Shown here: positions 28,302 to 37,783 of the stretch, in pieces | How positions within the stretch are numbered: position 1 is the first letter of the stretch | Layout of the letters: the number at the start of each line of letters is the position of its first letter | NCBI GenBank assembly: GCA_965261135.1 | Contig: OZ253443.1 | Coordinates: 2,300,391 to 2,364,390, forward strand | Length of the DNA stretch: 64,000 bases | Source: Acidimicrobiia bacterium | GTDB lineage: Bacteria; Actinomycetota; Acidimicrobiia; Spongiisociales; ZC4RG35 | Direction: 5' to 3' | Made by a program: the position numbers and the translations under genes | Notes under the pieces: generated by a model | Told to the model about the DNA's origin: nothing | The model's input: only the letters and a program-made list of their open reading frames with translations | The model's database searches: none

Positions 28302-30374
28302 TTAGGCAGTTTCCTCGTCACCTTCCGCCGTTCTCAATGCGATGTACTTGACCTGCGACTGGGATGTGCCATCCGGTGAGGTAGCCGTGACCGTGATCAC
28401 TGTGTCTTCGCCGTCAGGCACGGCGACGGTATGGCCTTCGCGGCCAAGACCGTTGCCCGAGGGGTCGATCACGACCGTCGCGTGGGGGTTCATGGTCTCG
28501 ACAAGGAGTGTCACATGGTCGTACCGCACTCGCTGTCGATATGTGCCGGTGAGCCCTTTTCGGACACCGTGCATCTTTGCTACTCCGCCGGGGCCGAGAT
28601 CAACGACGAGCTTCGTTATGCGTGCGTCGTCGGGTCGTGGTTCCACTTCGGCGTTGGCGGCGTCGATCTCGGCCTCGCTCAATTCCCGCGCATTCTTAGT
28701 AGTCACACGGTGGATTTGAGCTGAGCGGGTTGAGCGCCTGTCCACCCGCTCTGTTTCCTCCAGTGCGATTGACGGCTGAGGGGGCACATGGCCTTCGGCG
28801 ACCATGTGGGCGCATGTGAGGAGACCGAGACGGGCCAGGTCGTCGATGAGCGTGTCGGCGATCATGAAACCGTCCTCACAAGACACCTCCTCGCTTCCGT
28901 CATCGGTGGTGAGCCTGTATTGGGCTGTGCCATTTGGCCCGACTGACATCTGCCCTGTCGCGTTCGATCCACTCGGCATCTTGAATGTGACGACGAGCAC
29001 GCTATCGGTCCAGGTGAAGCTCTCAATCGGGTCGACGAAGGTCAGCAGAAGCCGCATCACGATCCATTCGAGGTGGAATGCGGCAGCGCACAGGTCTGCT
29101 GGGATGCCTTCTTCGAGCGCGGTCTGACGAAGAGCCTCGATCGCTGCCGCGAAACGGGCGGTAACTGCGCTCTGCAAAGCATCGCCAGGAGATAAGACGA
29201 TTTGAACCGGCTGAGACAGGCTGTCTTGATCCGAGGCCTCAGATAGTCCGCCAGCCACGTTCTCCATTGTCTCTCCGTTGGAGGCAGACGGAATCTGGTC
29301 TGCGCCTTGGGCCTGCGCCGCCGGTCGGCTGTGCTCGGTCGGCTGCACGGCCTGTACATTCGCGGAAGCGGCATCGCCGCTGTCGATCAGCGTGGTGCGC
29401 ACCCGAGAGAGCAACTCAGGCGTTGATTGCAGGTCGACCACGACATCCTCGGGTTCTGTCTCGGACCACACGACAAACCGATACTCGCGCTGGTCGGCGT
29501 ACCTGGCGTGCTTGAAGAACACAGCCCGCAGCATCCGTTCGAAGTCGTTGGCTGCGCCTGACACATAGATGTGTGGATCGTCCACATAAGCAACCGCACC
29601 GTGGAAGACGCTTACGGTCGGGTGCTCGGTCTGATGCTTGGTGAACGGATGCGTATAGGTAGCTAGTGACCCTAGTGATCCGATCTGCTGTGCGACCATC
29701 ATGGCCAGATGGCGAGCGAATGTCCTCGGGCTTTTGATCGTGGTCACACAGTCGTAGTCGTCGCCTAAGGACTGGAGCCACGCATCCCATTGGTGGTCGT
29801 TCTCCGGTTCGACCGCGGCACACCAAATCCAGCCGTTCTTACCATAGGTGTGCTTGGTCTTGGTGCTCTCCCTGTTCGTAGTCTTGGTGCTCTTTACGGA
29901 ACGGCGTCGTGTCGAACCGATGGCCGCAGCACCGCGGTTCATCTCGTCATTGACTTCCGCAGCACGGCTCAGATCTGCTCTGTCGTCAACGCGAACGGAT
30001 TCGCTCGACTCCTCGCGTCTTGTCACGCCCTCATCGAGATCGCTGATCAAGGTCTCGCCCTGGCTGCGGAATGCCTCGGGCTTGCTAAGACGAATCGTGC
30101 GACAGTGCGCAATCGCGAAACGCCGGGGAGAACCCTTGACCACCACAGGCATCTCCTTCGGCCACCGATAGTCGGCTGCCTGCCCGAGATGAACTGCGAA
30201 GGTCTTGAATAGCGTGCCATCATCGTCAACCAGCATGCCCTCAGCAAAAACCAGGTCTCGCTGGTCACGACCGTCGCAGGATCCGTCGCCGACAACTGAT
30301 GGGGTTATCACGAACGGCATTGTAGGCGTAGCCGAGTCGCCCTGGGTTATGAGTTCCTGCGATAGCCCAGTCAA
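28302..30374 (-). CDS. Multidomain hypothetical protein: uncharacterised N-terminal domain plus C-terminal cadherin-like beta-sandwich
   Basis: N-terminal WIWCAAVEP, PRTFARHL, FHGAVAYVDD, FFKHARYADQREYRF; C-terminal YRQRV.YDHVTL...HATVVI...GEDTVITVTATSPDGT. Confidence 0.7.
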   Translation of the reverse strand: MTGLSQELITQGDSATPTMPFVITPSVVGDGSCDGRDQRDLVFAEGMLVDDDGTLFKTFAVHLGQAADYRWPKEMPVVVKGSPRRFAIAHCRTIRLSKPEAFRSQGETLISDLDEGVTRREESSESVRVDDRADLSRAAEVNDEMNRGAAAIGSTRRRSVKSTKTTNRESTKTKHTYGKNGWIWCAAVEPENDHQWDAWLQSLGDDYDCVTTIKSPRTFARHLAMMVAQQIGSLGSLATYTHPFTKHQTEHPTVSVFHGAVAYVDDPHIYVSGAANDFERMLRAVFFKHARYADQREYRFVVWSETEPEDVVVDLQSTPELLSRVRTTLIDSGDAASANVQAVQPTEHSRPAAQAQGADQIPSASNGETMENVAGGLSEASDQDSLSQPVQIVLSPGDALQSAVTARFAAAIEALRQTALEEGIPADLCAAAFHLEWIVMRLLLTFVDPIESFTWTDSVLVVTFKMPSGSNATGQMSVGPNGTAQYRLTTDDGSEEVSCEDGFMIADTLIDDLARLGLLTCAHMVAEGHVPPQPSIALEETERVDRRSTRSAQIHRVTTKNARELSEAEIDAANAEVEPRPDDARITKLVVDLGPGGVAKMHGVRKGLTGTYRQRVRYDHVTLLVETMNPHATVVIDPSGNGLGREGHTVAVPDGEDTVITVTATSPDGTSQSQVKYIALRTAEGDEETA

Positions 30375-30570
30375 TGGTCACTAATTGTCCTGGCCCCACA
30401 CCCTGTCCCACGGGTGCCACTGGTTGCCGAGTTCCCGGTCGCGATCAGCACCGGGCTCCACTGAGAATGCACCCGTCCCGGGGGATGCAGAAAAAGGATG
30501 GTAGTCGGGATTGAGGATCCACCCGATGCGGGGGTTACAGGCAACGCCGCCTAACCCAAAAGACACCCGC

Positions 30571-31215
30571 TTAACGGGCGGCTTGGCAGTCAGTCAGAGA
30601 ATCCCGCGCCTCGCCCGCGACTGTGTTGAGTGTCGATTTCCATTCTTCGGTTTCCGTGGCGCCGCTCAGACGAATCGTCTTCTCCAGTACCCGCAGAGCT
30701 GGAACAAAAGTATCCACCCGACTACCGTGTCGTCGTTCCAATTCCCCAAGAGCCTCGTTGAGTGATTGGGTTTGGAGCAGCGCCGCGAAATCTTGGCGCA
30801 CCATGAATCGATAGCAGGGGTCGAGGGTCACTGGATACAGGATGCCTTTAGCGATCCGGTCAATACACACGGGGTCACTGCATTTGATTTGGTCGTTGTC
30901 CACCGCAAAGTCAACATCCATCTTTAGTTTGCGGGCTCTCTGGTCCAGGCCCTGCCGAAGGGCCGTGATTTGCTGTTCCCGTTTCTGCTGGTCAAAATCG
31001 CGGGCTTTCTGTCGTTTCACCCACGGGCGAATGTCCTGGTGGTAATGAACAATCACCCAAGCTATCCATCCCACATAGAGAACTGCGCCGGTGGTCGTAG
31101 CGGTTTGGAATCCAGTGGTTCCAGGTCCGCTGAGAAGATGCACAGCGAACAACAGGGCCGTGAATAATGTGGCGAGAGAAATTGTCAGATTGGTGCGATC
31201 AGTGGTGCTACTCAT
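30571..31215 (-). CDS. Hypothetical membrane protein (two N-terminal TM segments)
   Basis: LTISLATLFTALLFAVHLL and GAVLYVGWIAWVIVHY hydrophobic helices; co-oriented with the cargo genes. Confidence 0.6.
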   Translation of the reverse strand: MSSTTDRTNLTISLATLFTALLFAVHLLSGPGTTGFQTATTTGAVLYVGWIAWVIVHYHQDIRPWVKRQKARDFDQQKREQQITALRQGLDQRARKLKMDVDFAVDNDQIKCSDPVCIDRIAKGILYPVTLDPCYRFMVRQDFAALLQTQSLNEALGELERRHGSRVDTFVPALRVLEKTIRLSGATETEEWKSTLNTVAGEARDSLTDCQAAR

Positions 31216-31436
31216 GCATTGCCAGGGTAGATGTTTGGGTCACCGCAAGTCGAACGGGTTCTGTGTTCTCCTTCGGTAATCGAGACTGGGGAAATCGACC
31301 ATCGCCAACCAGGTAAACCTCAACCATCAGACAACGACCTCTCCAACCGGGGTTGAAACGCGCTGAAGGTACCGTCGCTCGGGGGATGGCGATCTCGCTG
31401 TCCAATTGGGTGTTAACGAGCCAGCTTGGCGGCATT

Positions 31437-34400
31437 TCAGTCGAACTCGACTCGGATCTGGATGCTGATCACCGTCCCATCTTTGGCCTTCGCGGTCGGA
31501 GTTGCTAAGAGCTGAAAACCAGCGTCAATCAAGAAAGCGAGGTGTCGGTGCTCGGATGCTCGGATGCGACCTACGGTCACACCGACATCGTTGGTTACGA
31601 CAAGGGGTCGGGGGTTCTCGTCACCGGTGGCTATGGACACTGGGAGGTCCCCGGCCCCCCAAGCGACACCGCTGGCATCAACCTTCATGGTGCAGACATT
31701 GCCACCGACGAGGGATGCACCGATTTCGGTTTCCGGGACATGGACGAAGTAGAGCAGGTCAGCGACTTCCGTGGGTACTGCGTCGAAGTTAGTTCGCCAT
31801 CGGGCTGGCCCCATGTTCGCCAGCCACGGGCGCAAACGGTGGGGGGAAATTCCGTCGAAAGCGGCTCGCTTCCCGACTTCTACTGCGATACGCCGCGAGC
31901 GCACACCGCCCATAAGAAGTCTCAAGGCTTCAGCGTCCGGGACACCGTAGTGAAGGTGGGCAGGAAGGGAAGGGCTCACTTCGTCGTTGCGATCAGCGTT
32001 GATCCACTCGACGACCGTTCCAAGGGTAAATGGGAGGTGGTGCTCACAGATGCGGGTGAGGAAAGTGCTTAGCTGCTCAAACCGGAAGGATTCCTCGTCT
32101 CCGCCTTGAACTTCCGAGAGATGAGTTTCGGCGAGGTTCTTGAGCGGCATACCTCGCACCCAGTCCAGCACGAGGGCCAGCAGGTCAACATTTATGGTTT
32201 CGATGGGACCGTAGCGGCGACGCTTGAACCGGAAATCCCTTGGGTTGGCCAGGCCCAGCAGGAGGTGCAGTCTGCCATCTCTGAGGATGGCGTCGATGAG
32301 AGCAACGGGATCATCAAACGCGGAAGGCTCCAGGGCGTCGATGGCCGCCGCCGCGCCACCGGCGACCTCTTCCAACACGATGTTGGCGGAGAGGGGAGTG
32401 CCGCTTCTAGCCCACCGACGGCGTTGAACCGGCGGGGTTTGCTCATAGAAATCAGCAACGAGTGAAGCGATGGCTCCCCATCTACTCTGGATGCCGGGGG
32501 GCAACTGGTGCCAGGCAAGGGTCTCCTGTATCCCGGCGATGACCCGGTCGCGGCGGTCATCGGGATTCAGCATGTCAGCGATGTCAGCGAGGAACCAACA
32601 GTAGGCGAGGAAGCCGTCGACCGTGGCCGGTACATTCTGTAGGGCGAGGGCAGCGGTTGCATGCACCAGGGTCTCGTACTCGGCCAGTTGCTCCAAAGCA
32701 CCCTCCACGCTCAGCGTGCTACGGATCTCGGGTTGCCGGTCAAGTCCTTGCAGTGCTTGACGTGGGTTGGGAGCGCCGTACTCATAGTTGACCACCACCC
32801 ACCCCTCGGTCTCTCGCCCAGCGCGTCCCGCGCGTCCCGCGGCATTCATCAATCCGACCGAGTCGATGAAGGCGTTGAACTTGGTGCCGTCGTAGTAGCC
32901 CCGCTCGGAGATGATGACAGTCCGGACCGGGAGGTTGACTCCTTCCGTTAACGTGCTGGTGGCGCAGAGGATTTTGATTGTCCCCTGTCTTACAGCGTCT
33001 TCAATTTCGGCTTGGATGTCCGCGGGTAGTGCTGCATGGTGGTAAGCGACGCCGCGGCGAAGCACCGTGACCAGGTTGTGGGCGGCACCCATTCGCTGCT
33101 CAGCCAGTTGGGCGATCTTGACCGTAGCTTGAGTCTCGTCACGGGTCTTTGCGATCTCTTCAGCTAGCCTCTCGGCGGATGGCCTGGTCGCATGCACGAT
33201 AAGCACCGGGCCTGATCTGGCAGCGAGGTCGACAATCGGCAGGAGTTTCTCGGCTCGGCTCGGTTTCTCCTGCGTGCCGCTGGGCGTGGTGCTGATCTGG
33301 CCGATCTTGGCTCGGCGGCTCGCAATCGCCGCACCTTCGTCGGCATACAGGTTGATAACCCCATAGAGGTCCGTGACAGTGCGTGGGACGCTTTGCCGCC
33401 CCGTTGGCGCACGCACGACTTTTGATGCTCGATCTTCCCAGTATGTGTAGGTGGCGTGAAGGCGGCGAGGGCCGCGCCAGGTGCTGGTTGTGGACGTTCC
33501 GGCTCCTTCTATTCCGAGCCATGTCTGGATGGCGGCCGTTCCTCCTAGGGCCGCCGACAGCAGGAGAATCCGATGGTCTGTGTCGGATGTCAGCGAGTGG
33601 AGCCTCGAAATGGTGGTTTCAAAGGACCAGCCTCGGGTGTCGTCGCCCACCAAATGCGCTTCGTCGAATACGAACAACCCGAACTTGTCAATGAGAGCCT
33701 GCTCGTCAGAACGAAGGCGAGACGCGAGTTGCTCCGGGGTCATGACGACTACATCAGCATGGGCGCCATGCGAGTCACCGAGTGGTCCGTCTTCGACGGT
33801 CCTGCGGCGCAATACCCACAGTCGGCGATCCAAACCTTCCCGTGTTTCGCGGCAGAGGCTGTGGCTGGGTGCGACGAAGCACACACCGGTGTCAGCCACT
33901 GCGAGGTGCTGGATGACAAGCAGCTGGGACAGCAGGGTCTTGCCGGCATTGGTGGGGAATGTGATCACTGCGCGTTTCATGTTGATCTGGAGAGGGCTAT
34001 TGGCAGCATCTGTGAGCAGTTTGACCTGCGGTGGCCAGAGCGTCATGACCGGAGGATCGCCGAGGGTCATGGCCTGCCCGACATCGTGTGGCGAATTGTC
34101 TGGGAGGATGGCCCAAATTGAAGACCGTCCGAAGTCGTCGCAGAGGTCTACGAGATGGGCGGCAACCCATCGAGAGTCGAGGTCTCGATGAGATGCCGGG
34201 TTGTTCGCTGCCCGGGTAAGGATGCGCCGCGCTTCGTCGAGGGAGCCGGGGCGGCCGAAAGTGAGATACTCCTGCAGTAGGCGGACACCCTCGGTGACTC
34301 CAGTAGCACTGGCCAACCCGGTGTTGAATAGATCCGCGTTTGGTGCGGCAAGTGAAATGGCTTGCGCCTGAGTCGACAGTGACCGCAGCAGTTTCAAGGT

Positions 34401-34865
34401 GGCGCTCCGGTCAAGTTTGAGTAGCGCACATCCGAGTTCTAGTGATGCTCGGCCCGGTTCGGTCACTAGAGCGGCCGAGGGGGAAGGTAGTCGACGACCC
34501 ATGGCTGTCGCATTAGGCGTTCTATCACCTCGGATGGCGCTGACCTGGCCGGCGAATGTAAGCACGAGTTGTTGGCCCGGGTCGAGATCGTCGTTCTGGA
34601 GCGCGAGGTCAAAGATGTGTGCGGCGACAGCGTTTGCCTGGACTTGCCGGGTGGTCTCGTAGATGGCGAGTTGGGGCCGGACCGTTCCGACATGGTGGAG
34701 ATTCCATGCCGTCTCGAGGAGTCGGTCGCTGACCTCCTGGTCGGATCGGAAGAACGCCGCCACTTCCGCTTCGGCCAGCATCCTTCGCAGTTGTTCAGGG
34801 CTCGGTAAGTTAGCGGTTTGATCGAGGGCACCGGCAACCAGCCTGCGGTCCAGGGCTTGATCCAT
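31437..34865 (-). CDS. Ski2-like DEAD/DEAH helicase (Hachiman HamB-like)
   Basis: FPTNAGKT, VMTPEQL, FVFDEAHLV, LLSAAL, RGVAYHHAAL, ATSTLTEGVNLP, NAAGRAGRAG. Confidence 0.85.
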   Translation of the reverse strand: MDQALDRRLVAGALDQTANLPSPEQLRRMLAEAEVAAFFRSDQEVSDRLLETAWNLHHVGTVRPQLAIYETTRQVQANAVAAHIFDLALQNDDLDPGQQLVLTFAGQVSAIRGDRTPNATAMGRRLPSPSAALVTEPGRASLELGCALLKLDRSATLKLLRSLSTQAQAISLAAPNADLFNTGLASATGVTEGVRLLQEYLTFGRPGSLDEARRILTRAANNPASHRDLDSRWVAAHLVDLCDDFGRSSIWAILPDNSPHDVGQAMTLGDPPVMTLWPPQVKLLTDAANSPLQINMKRAVITFPTNAGKTLLSQLLVIQHLAVADTGVCFVAPSHSLCRETREGLDRRLWVLRRRTVEDGPLGDSHGAHADVVVMTPEQLASRLRSDEQALIDKFGLFVFDEAHLVGDDTRGWSFETTISRLHSLTSDTDHRILLLSAALGGTAAIQTWLGIEGAGTSTTSTWRGPRRLHATYTYWEDRASKVVRAPTGRQSVPRTVTDLYGVINLYADEGAAIASRRAKIGQISTTPSGTQEKPSRAEKLLPIVDLAARSGPVLIVHATRPSAERLAEEIAKTRDETQATVKIAQLAEQRMGAAHNLVTVLRRGVAYHHAALPADIQAEIEDAVRQGTIKILCATSTLTEGVNLPVRTVIISERGYYDGTKFNAFIDSVGLMNAAGRAGRAGRETEGWVVVNYEYGAPNPRQALQGLDRQPEIRSTLSVEGALEQLAEYETLVHATAALALQNVPATVDGFLAYCWFLADIADMLNPDDRRDRVIAGIQETLAWHQLPPGIQSRWGAIASLVADFYEQTPPVQRRRWARSGTPLSANIVLEEVAGGAAAAIDALEPSAFDDPVALIDAILRDGRLHLLLGLANPRDFRFKRRRYGPIETINVDLLALVLDWVRGMPLKNLAETHLSEVQGGDEESFRFEQLSTFLTRICEHHLPFTLGTVVEWINADRNDEVSPSLPAHLHYGVPDAEALRLLMGGVRSRRIAVEVGKRAAFDGISPHRLRPWLANMGPARWRTNFDAVPTEVADLLYFVHVPETEIGASLVGGNVCTMKVDASGVAWGAGDLPVSIATGDENPRPLVVTNDVGVTVGRIRASEHRHLAFLIDAGFQLLATPTAKAKDGTVISIQIRVEFD

Positions 34866-35900
34866 CTACTCGATGCCCTTCAGGATTTCTGAGCGGACAT
34901 CTGCTGCGAACGCCGCCAAATCGGGGACCTCGATGACAATGCCTTCGCGATGTTGAGGGGTCTCAAGGTACGGGAACACCCTGCGAAGTCCCCGAAATGG
35001 GCGATCTGGCAATGCTTGGGTGGAGGTGGTTCCTACCGATACTCCGACACCGCCAGATGCATCCCGAATCGTCCAGAGCTTAACGATCTTGCCTGCGAGC
35101 TGCTGTATCCGCGGGTCGGCGTTGAGTTGAAGAGGCTTGGACATCCGCGCTAGATACATGGCACCCCGTGTCTTGAGTTGAGCGGACGCACCACTAACGA
35201 CCTCAGTGACAGACTTCGTGATCGAGTCATGCCGCTTCGATTCCCACAGCCGGAACCGAAGGTCGGGAGAGTCAGAGTCGTAGAGCGACAAACCGTCGCC
35301 TCCAGGGTCGATGACCGAGAAGTGATCGCGAGGCACACATATGGGCACCCCCCAACCACCGTTGATATCCTCCGCCAGACAAGCCCATAGATGCTCGACT
35401 ACGGCACCCTGTAGCCGCGGCTCGTTACTGTCGTCATCGAAGTCGCTGAGCAGGTACGCCTCGAGTACATCCTTGGTCGGCTCGTCGTGGGCGGGCCCAC
35501 CTCCGTGTCGCTCCATCCAGTTGGCTAGGGCCGCGGGGCTCGGATCAAGCAATCGGCAGACGATGTGAATGGTGACCAACCGCACGACTTCGCGGCGATG
35601 CCCGCTAATGATCTGAGCGTGAAACCACCAAGCGTCGCTATGCCGCGTCAGAGTTAAAGCGAAGTGATCGGAAAAAGTCACGACAGATGTTTCCAGGTTC
35701 GATCCTCCCTGCCGTGCTTTATTGGACGATGGGGACGGACGGGAATTGGGATCACTGGCAATCTCCGTTAAGGATATGTTCCCTAGGTTTGCTGTTTGTA
35801 CGGATGGTGGTTTCGCCTTCGCCGGTAGGAGTCCGGACCAGTCACACAGGTATCGGAGTGGCCGCCACCAAAAGAACCGGGGGCTGTGGCGGTGCCACAT
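34866..35900 (-). CDS. PD-(D/E)xK-like nuclease (Hachiman HamA-like); true start probably near GTG 35681
   Basis: GAVVEHLW, DPGGDGL, RFRLWESKRH; stop directly abuts the helicase start (TAG-ATG). Confidence 0.6.
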   Translation of the reverse strand: MWHRHSPRFFWWRPLRYLCDWSGLLPAKAKPPSVQTANLGNISLTEIASDPNSRPSPSSNKARQGGSNLETSVVTFSDHFALTLTRHSDAWWFHAQIISGHRREVVRLVTIHIVCRLLDPSPAALANWMERHGGGPAHDEPTKDVLEAYLLSDFDDDSNEPRLQGAVVEHLWACLAEDINGGWGVPICVPRDHFSVIDPGGDGLSLYDSDSPDLRFRLWESKRHDSITKSVTEVVSGASAQLKTRGAMYLARMSKPLQLNADPRIQQLAGKIVKLWTIRDASGGVGVSVGTTSTQALPDRPFRGLRRVFPYLETPQHREGIVIEVPDLAAFAADVRSEILKGIE

Positions 35901-36110
35901 AATGCTGGCCAGAACAGGTAACTCATCCCAAGCACTTCTCTAACTGGTTCCTACAAAAGACCTCGAGCGTACTGGTCAAGCGCCTTACGGAATGGATGGA
36001 TCCGCAAGGGCCTAAGTGCCGTCCGGAGACCACGACAGAGCACCGATAGTGCCGAACCGGGTAGCACAGTAGACCGGCCGGAGGTGTCAGTCACGGCTTT
36101 ACAGGCAGAT

Positions 36111-37154
36111 CTAGTCGAAAGTCTCGTATGGGATCTCAACGCCCAAATCCATGTCCGCCACCGCCTCGGCAAGCACATGAGAAGGTATGGCCGCATAGTG
36201 CGGCGAGAAAGCTACTTGGTCTTCGTATTCGCCATGGGTCAAATTCGTAGCCATCCCTACAACATAGCCATCCTCTGAGATGATCGCCCCGCCGCTGTCC
36301 CCAGGACGTGTTATGGCCGAATAAAGAAACAGTTCCGTCCTATCAGCCGCTACGACATGTTCGTTCGTCACTTCTCCGCTTTGCATGATGAGATAAGCAT
36401 CTGTCTCGCTCGGCCTCCTTGGTCTGACATTGGGTACCTTGGGGTACCCGAAGGTGTAGACCCTCTGTGCGATCATCGGAGCCAGAAAGACAAGACCCCG
36501 TGCTGGCGTCAGTGTTTCATCCACGCGGATTACGGCTACGTCGTAGTCGTTGTGTTTGAAGATCGAGTTTGACCTTATGACTATCTCCTGCTCTTGGAAC
36601 CTCTGGGTACATCTGACTGTCATCATCTCCACAACATGGCGACAGGTGAGCACGTGATAAGGATCGAAGACGATGCCACTTCCCGATCTCTCGTCACCCT
36701 TTTGGTTTTTTCCGACAATCTGCACAATTGCAGGAGAAACCTCATGATGGACGAATCTGCCACCTAACGAGCGGGCCAGCCACAGACTTCCCCTGCTTTG
36801 GGCTTCCGTCTGTTCGCCGAGGGCGTAGTAGGACTTGGGGATCATGACGAATCGGCCGCGGCTGCCCATCTCCACGAGAATGTTGTTTGATGCGAGTCGA
36901 TCAAGCAGATGTCGTATCTGGTGTATGTACTTGTTCGCTTCGTCTCCCAAGGTCTTCTCCAAGAACTCCACAAAGTCCCTACCGTCAAACGGAACGATCC
37001 GCCCTTGTTCTGGGGTTTTTCCTATGGCCTGGCAGAATTGTGGGTAGTTAGTGGGAGAAAAGAACGCTACAGCTAGCGTCGCTATTGTCTTCTCCATCTC
37101 GACAGGCAAGGGAGCAAGTCTGGAGTATCTTTCCCGTGCCATTCTGTTAGCCAC
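36111..37154 (-). CDS. Trypsin-like serine protease domain protein with an N-terminal helical domain
   Basis: GSGIVF, LTCRHVV (His), DYDVAVIRV (Asp), PGDSGGAII (Ser). Confidence 0.85.
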   Translation of the reverse strand: MANRMARERYSRLAPLPVEMEKTIATLAVAFFSPTNYPQFCQAIGKTPEQGRIVPFDGRDFVEFLEKTLGDEANKYIHQIRHLLDRLASNNILVEMGSRGRFVMIPKSYYALGEQTEAQSRGSLWLARSLGGRFVHHEVSPAIVQIVGKNQKGDERSGSGIVFDPYHVLTCRHVVEMMTVRCTQRFQEQEIVIRSNSIFKHNDYDVAVIRVDETLTPARGLVFLAPMIAQRVYTFGYPKVPNVRPRRPSETDAYLIMQSGEVTNEHVVAADRTELFLYSAITRPGDSGGAIISEDGYVVGMATNLTHGEYEDQVAFSPHYAAIPSHVLAEAVADMDLGVEIPYETFD

Positions 37155-37689
37155 CCTTCTCGGTCATAGTGCCCAACGTGATTTGAATAGACAAACTAAT
37201 ACTGGCAGCGGTGGCGTTGCGGCTTCCAATCTACGGGAAGAGAATCTCCTGAAGGACGCAATGCCGCCCTACCCCCGATCCCTATTTGTGCGCAGACTCT
37301 AACTGGCGTTCGGTCATCCGGTGCGGCTATGGGTCGCGGAATACCTGCCTAAAGCTCTTGGCTAACGCTCGGGAGGGGTAGGAAGTTCCCTCTTTCGATC
37401 CTTTCTATCTCTTGAACAGCATCAACGGATAAAAACCCGGGAACCTGATCAGGCCATCTGGTCTCACTCTATCTTGGGAGAACCGCCTCTGTGCTGATGA
37501 CTCCACCTTCTCTCCACTCAGGGCTCTCGGGAGTCCGCAACGCGACCTCGGTCTGAAAGCAGGGGGAAAAGATAGGTTCAAGCTGGCTCCTGCTAAAGCA
37601 ACTTGCCTCCGGCGATTTCCGTGGCTCAGGGGTGTCACCAATCACCCCAACAAAGAACACGAGGTACCCCGAAGCCGGTGTTTTGGGGT

Positions 37690-37783
37690 CCGCAAATGTG
37701 GAACAACCCCCCTTTCAAATGTGGAGCACTCCTGGCAACCCCCGCTAGGGTGCTGGTCAGGGGTGGTCACTAACGGACCACCA
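37690..37783. repeat. Conserved right end, copy 1 (end of element 1)
   Basis: CAAATGTGGA at 37693 and 37716 (23-bp period), GGTCAGGGGTGG, TIR, then CCA repeats; homologous to 39668-39758. Confidence 0.85.

Larger units (their letters stand above)
15241..37780. mobile_element. Element 1: about 22.5-kb tRNA-3'-end-inserted element with DDE transposase, tyrosine-recombinase-like gene, XRE regulator and defence-type cargo
   Basis: Begins directly after the tRNA CCA. Imperfect TIR GGTCCGTTAGGGA (15242-15254) vs TCACTAACGGACC (37767-37779). CCACCA lies before 15241 and again at 37781-37786. Ends are shared with elements 2 and 3. Confidence 0.75.
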
